Shown here piece after piece: positions 60,675-64,000 of a stretch of DNA of 64,000 bases (positions are counted from its first letter, which is position 1; each line of letters begins with the position of its first letter). The stretch is from Methanoregula sp. (lineage in GTDB: Archaea > Halobacteriota > Methanomicrobia > Methanomicrobiales > Methanospirillaceae). The position numbers and the translations under genes were made by a program. Below the pieces are notes generated by a model that searched no databases, was not told the DNA's origin, and saw only the letters and a program-made list of their open reading frames with translations. The stretch covers positions 1-64,000 of the forward strand of contig JBDKTL010000043.1 of NCBI GenBank assembly GCA_039698055.1. The letters are read 5' to 3'.

Positions 60675-61342
60675 GATGGATGATACTGTGTTCTGAAAAG
60701 CAAAAAAGAAGTGGATGTCTCGTTACTCCTCTCTTAAAAAGCCGTCGATTGAACCAGGGAGTTCCCCCACCGTCCGGCATACAGCCCTAAAAGATGCCGG
60801 GAATAATCCGGACCTGCACCACTTCACTGCACCACAGTCCCCCTCAAAACAGGATCTAGCCTGGACAAACTACAAACCCACAGGCACCCCCCCACCCCCC
60901 GCCAAAATTTTTCCGGCCCAACTCTGATCGCCCCGTAAATATTTCTGTCGCGACTCGGATCGCGTTGAAAAAAAATCCGGCGCGTACCCGATCGGGCCGG
61001 AAAAATCGTGGTCGACCCCTTCCCGGCAACACCATTTCCGTCGAAATCAACTTTCGGGAAGGGGGTCCGATCGCGCCGGAATTATTTTTGCCTCACCTCA
61101 GATCGGGCCAAAAATATTTTTGGCTCGTACCGGATCGGGCCGGAAAAAAATCTGGCACGATCGCGATCGGCCCGTGCATTTTTTTATCCTCATGACCCGA
61201 TCAGCTGACCATCTCAATCCGGGCTGTTTGCGAGGACGGAATAGATCTGAATCCGGGTTATGATTCTGCACCACGTTTTATAGGATGTGTATTCAATTGG
61301 TGCGCTTCCTCTTGGAAAATCAAAAATCTGGTGCTGCTTTGG

Positions 61343-61438
61343 CCAGCCCAAATCCCTACGCGATCATTCCCTGCGACTGATAAATCTAAAGACGGGACCC
61401 CGTCCGTCCACATAGGTGAGGGTTGACTGGTGTCTCCC
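61343..61438. repeat. ~95-bp imperfect direct repeat, copy 1 (copy 2 at 62860-62954)
   Basis: CCAGCCCAAA, ACGCGATCAT.CCCTGCGACTGATA.ATCT.AAGACGGGA.CCCGTCCG. Confidence 0.85.
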
Positions 61439-61820
61439 AACTCACGCACAGGGTAATCGTAAAATCCACAATGGTGTCCGAAGTGGGGGTTCCGGGATCT
61501 TTGCCCCAAAACAGGCCTTCTTTTCATTTTCACCCACTATAGCCCGGTTTTGAAAAGATCCGCCGTCCAAAGCCCGCTATTAACGCACATTTTAGAGTTC
61601 ATTTTATACCGAATTTTGGCAAACAGGGCGATTATATCGGGGTTTCCGAAAACCGTGTGTTGGAATTCGCCATTTTTCGCAAATAATTCGGGAAAATGAT
61701 CATCTTTCAATGTCTGGGCACGTGGAGTCTCCGACGGAGAAGTGATCCTGGCAGAGAGCAGGTCTTCAATGCCCGTCAGCCAAGGTTTCGTCATTTTTGT
61801 TCACGATCCGCAAACATTTT

Positions 61821-61859
61821 GTTCATGTAACGTGAACCTATTGTTCAGGATCCATGAAC
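61821..61859 (+). promoter_or_regulatory. Tandem GTTCA-N7-TGAAC operators
   Basis: 61821-61837 and 61843-61859; the second overlaps the ATG at 61854. Confidence 0.7.
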
Positions 61860-62411
61860 GAACGACCGCATGATTTCTCCGCGCTCTTCAGGACGGAGGA
61901 ACGCATAACCCTCCTCCGTGCTGCTCTCACCATGCCAAAATGTACGGTGCGGCAGATAGCATCAAAGACCGGGTTGTCAAAAGGACTTGTCTCCCCGTAC
62001 CTCGCCCTGCTCGAACGCGAAGGGCTGCTTGAGAAGGACGAACGAATATACAAACTGAAGTTTTCCCCGCTGGCTGTAGCCGTGAAACGTCTCCTGAATA
62101 TCGATCTCGTCACTGCCGTTTTCAAAAAACCGGCATGGGCGTCCGGCATCGGAATGTACGGGAGCTGGGCTGGTGGGACGAACACAGAGGAGAGCGATAT
62201 CGATCTCTGGGTGTATTGTGAAAACCTGCCGCCGGGAATTCTGGTCGCAGAGCTTGAGCGGGAGATATCGCGTGCACTTTCTGCGGAAGTCCATGTTCTT
62301 ATCCTCACTGAAGAGAAGATTACCAGGTTGAAAGGATCTGATGAACCGTTTTACCGGTCGTTTGTGAAACAATCGATCACGTTCGAAGGTGATTTCCCTG
62401 ACACGGCTTGA
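61854..62411 (+). CDS. wHTH-minimal nucleotidyltransferase (MNT) antitoxin
   Basis: VRQIASKTGLSKGLVS HTH; YGSWAGG...SDIDL. Confidence 0.88.
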   Translation: MNERPHDFSALFRTEERITLLRAALTMPKCTVRQIASKTGLSKGLVSPYLALLEREGLLEKDERIYKLKFSPLAVAVKRLLNIDLVTAVFKKPAWASGIGMYGSWAGGTNTEESDIDLWVYCENLPPGILVAELEREISRALSAEVHVLILTEEKITRLKGSDEPFYRSFVKQSITFEGDFPDTA

Positions 62412-62832
62412 TGAGTGTTACGAACGCGGGCTTCTGCGAAAGGTTCCGGGATCAAACGATAAAGCGATGCAGTCACTTGCACAAGCGCGGGAGTGGGTGA
62501 CCGAGGCCGGATATGATTGCGATGCAGGATCGCTCCGGTCTGCACTCATGGCGGCATACAGGGGATATTTTCATGCAGCCCGTGCTGTTTTAATTCGCGA
62601 CGGGGTAAGGGAAAAAAGTCATTATTGCATCGGCGTATATATCGAATCATATCGCGAAAAGGGATTGCTGGAAGACGAATGGGTCTTACAATTCGATCAT
62701 ATGCGGGGACTGCGACAGGATGATCAGTACAGCCTGGACGCTCGCCCGACGGTTGAAGAAGTCCGACAGGCTTTGGGGGATGCCGGAAACTTCATCGAAC
62801 GGATGGAGCGTCTGGTGAAGACTCCGCGATAA
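62389..62832 (+). CDS. HEPN-domain protein (MNT partner)
   Basis: AY.GYFHAARAVL, KSHYC, RQDDQY (Rx4Y). Confidence 0.88.
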   Translation: MISLTRLDECYERGLLRKVPGSNDKAMQSLAQAREWVTEAGYDCDAGSLRSALMAAYRGYFHAARAVLIRDGVREKSHYCIGVYIESYREKGLLEDEWVLQFDHMRGLRQDDQYSLDARPTVEEVRQALGDAGNFIERMERLVKTPR

Positions 62833-62859
62833 TTTTTTTGCAACCTCAAACCGCCCCGA

Positions 62860-62954
62860 CCAGCCCAAAGTTTCCACGCGATCATGCCCTGCGACTGATA
62901 CATCTGAAGACGGGAACCCGTCCGATCACACCGTCAGAGGTTGGCTGATGCCCC
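62860..62954. repeat. ~95-bp imperfect direct repeat, copy 2
   Basis: Aligns with 61343-61438. Confidence 0.85.
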
Positions 62955-63014
62955 TGATCGGCACAGAATATATTATTGCGGACAGGAAAGGATTACATGG
63001 AACAGTGAGATAGT

Positions 63015-63587
63015 ATGGAATTCAAAGGAAGCATAACCGAGAAAAATCTTCTCGCTGCATTTGCCGGCGAGTCGCAGGCACGGAACCGGTATACCTTTTT
63101 TGCAAGCGCGGCAAAAAAAGAAGGCTACGAACAGATAGCAGCACTCTTTTTACAGACGGCTGAAGAGGAAAAAGAGCATGGAAAACTCTTTTTCAAACAG
63201 CTCAAAGGCGGCGAAGCCACGATCACCGCATCCTACCCTGCCGGTATGATCGGGACAACAAAGGAGAACCTTGCCGCTGCCGCAGCTGGCGAGAAACTGG
63301 AATGGGGCACGCTCTACCCGGGCTTTGCCGCGACCGCGAAAAAGGAGGGATTCAGGGAGATCGCGAAGCTCTTTGAATTGGTTGCAACGGTCGAAGCCCA
63401 CCATGAAGCCCGGTACAGAAAACTCCATGCTAACATGGTGAAGGGAACGGTCTTCAAATCCGGGACGTCCGCGAAATGGTACTGCCGGAACTGCGGCTAT
63501 GTCCATGAGGGGAAAACCGCACCGGCCACATGCCCGGTCTGCGATCACCCGCTGGCATATTTCGAGATCGCGCCAGAGAATTACTGA
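63015..63587 (+). CDS. rbr: Rubrerythrin
   Basis: [25 protein letters not shown]...CPVC. Confidence 0.95.
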   Translation: MEFKGSITEKNLLAAFAGESQARNRYTFFASAAKKEGYEQIAALFLQTAEEEKEHGKLFFKQLKGGEATITASYPAGMIGTTKENLAAAAAGEKLEWGTLYPGFAATAKKEGFREIAKLFELVATVEAHHEARYRKLHANMVKGTVFKSGTSAKWYCRNCGYVHEGKTAPATCPVCDHPLAYFEIAPENY

Positions 63588-63768
63588 TATTTTTTTTTTA
63601 GGGGCTGTACCAGATTAGAGTTTTATATCCCCCCACCGCCTCAACGTTCCCGGGTTGTTGCATGGGTGTTCCGTAATTAAACATGAACTCACACTTCGAC
63701 GAGCCACCGGGTGTAGCTCATCCGCCCCGGCCGTTAACAATCCGCTAAAATATCCCAGATGCCTCACA

Positions 63769-64000
63769 TCACCGCGCCATCAGCGCGAACACACCCCATC
63801 CAAGGTATTCACGCGTGTACGCGGCGTAGCGTTTTGGTTCCAACGTCAGGCTGGCCCTGACTTCTTTCGCGAAGTCGTCACCGGGATTCGCTTCGAGCCA
63901 CCGGCGCATGGTGAGCCACTTGGCCGCTTCGTACCTGTCCCAGCCACCATGGTCAGCCAGAACCATTTCCACAACATCGTAGTTGAGGTCGCAAAAAGAT
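63769..64000 (-). CDS. Class I SAM-dependent methyltransferase, C-terminal part (runs off window)
   Basis: WDRYEAAKWLTMRRWL...REYLGWGVFALM resembles the C-terminus of YjhP-like methyltransferases. Confidence 0.65.
   Translation of the reverse strand, partial: SFCDLNYDVVEMVLADHGGWDRYEAAKWLTMRRWLEANPGDDFAKEVRASLTLEPKRYAAYTREYLGWGVFALMAR

Noticed and set aside
60880-61210. Possible CRISPR array
   Set aside because: Repeats are short, degenerate and irregularly spaced; no cas genes in the window
63700-63745. GGGTGTAGCTCA resembling a tRNA 5' end
   Set aside because: No anticodon arm, T arm or acceptor complement follows

Overview
Archaeal DNA that looks like a Methanomicrobiales methanogen (Methanoregula-like; inferred from gene content: spt5-secE-ftsZ-dtdA, archaeal ileS, Thg1, MptE, Methanomicrobiales-style PAS kinases and surface proteins). 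A GC-rich housekeeping and signalling backbone is interrupted by accessory regions. (1) 1-5950 is a defence cluster: TPR-HEPN protein, type II R-M pair, and a DUF1016 nuclease between ~150-bp direct repeats. (2) 10166-14653 is an operon of one Cys-rich HTH regulator plus six membrane proteins that all begin with the same 'I.x.W/Y/H-L/V-GWCP' leader, behind a palindromic operator. (3) 52819-59882 is an AT-rich decayed element integrated at tRNA-Lys(CTT), with a split, SSV1-style tyrosine integrase. Its intact cargo is a three-gene operon: PD-(D/E)xK nuclease-DGQHR-HEPN fusion, B12-type radical SAM enzyme, and Zn-finger-DGQHR protein. This is the best candidate for an undescribed DNA-modification/anti-virus system. 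(4) 61343-62954 is an HTH-MNT/HEPN toxin-antitoxin with tandem operators between direct repeats. All calls come from reading motifs by eye; no database searches were run.
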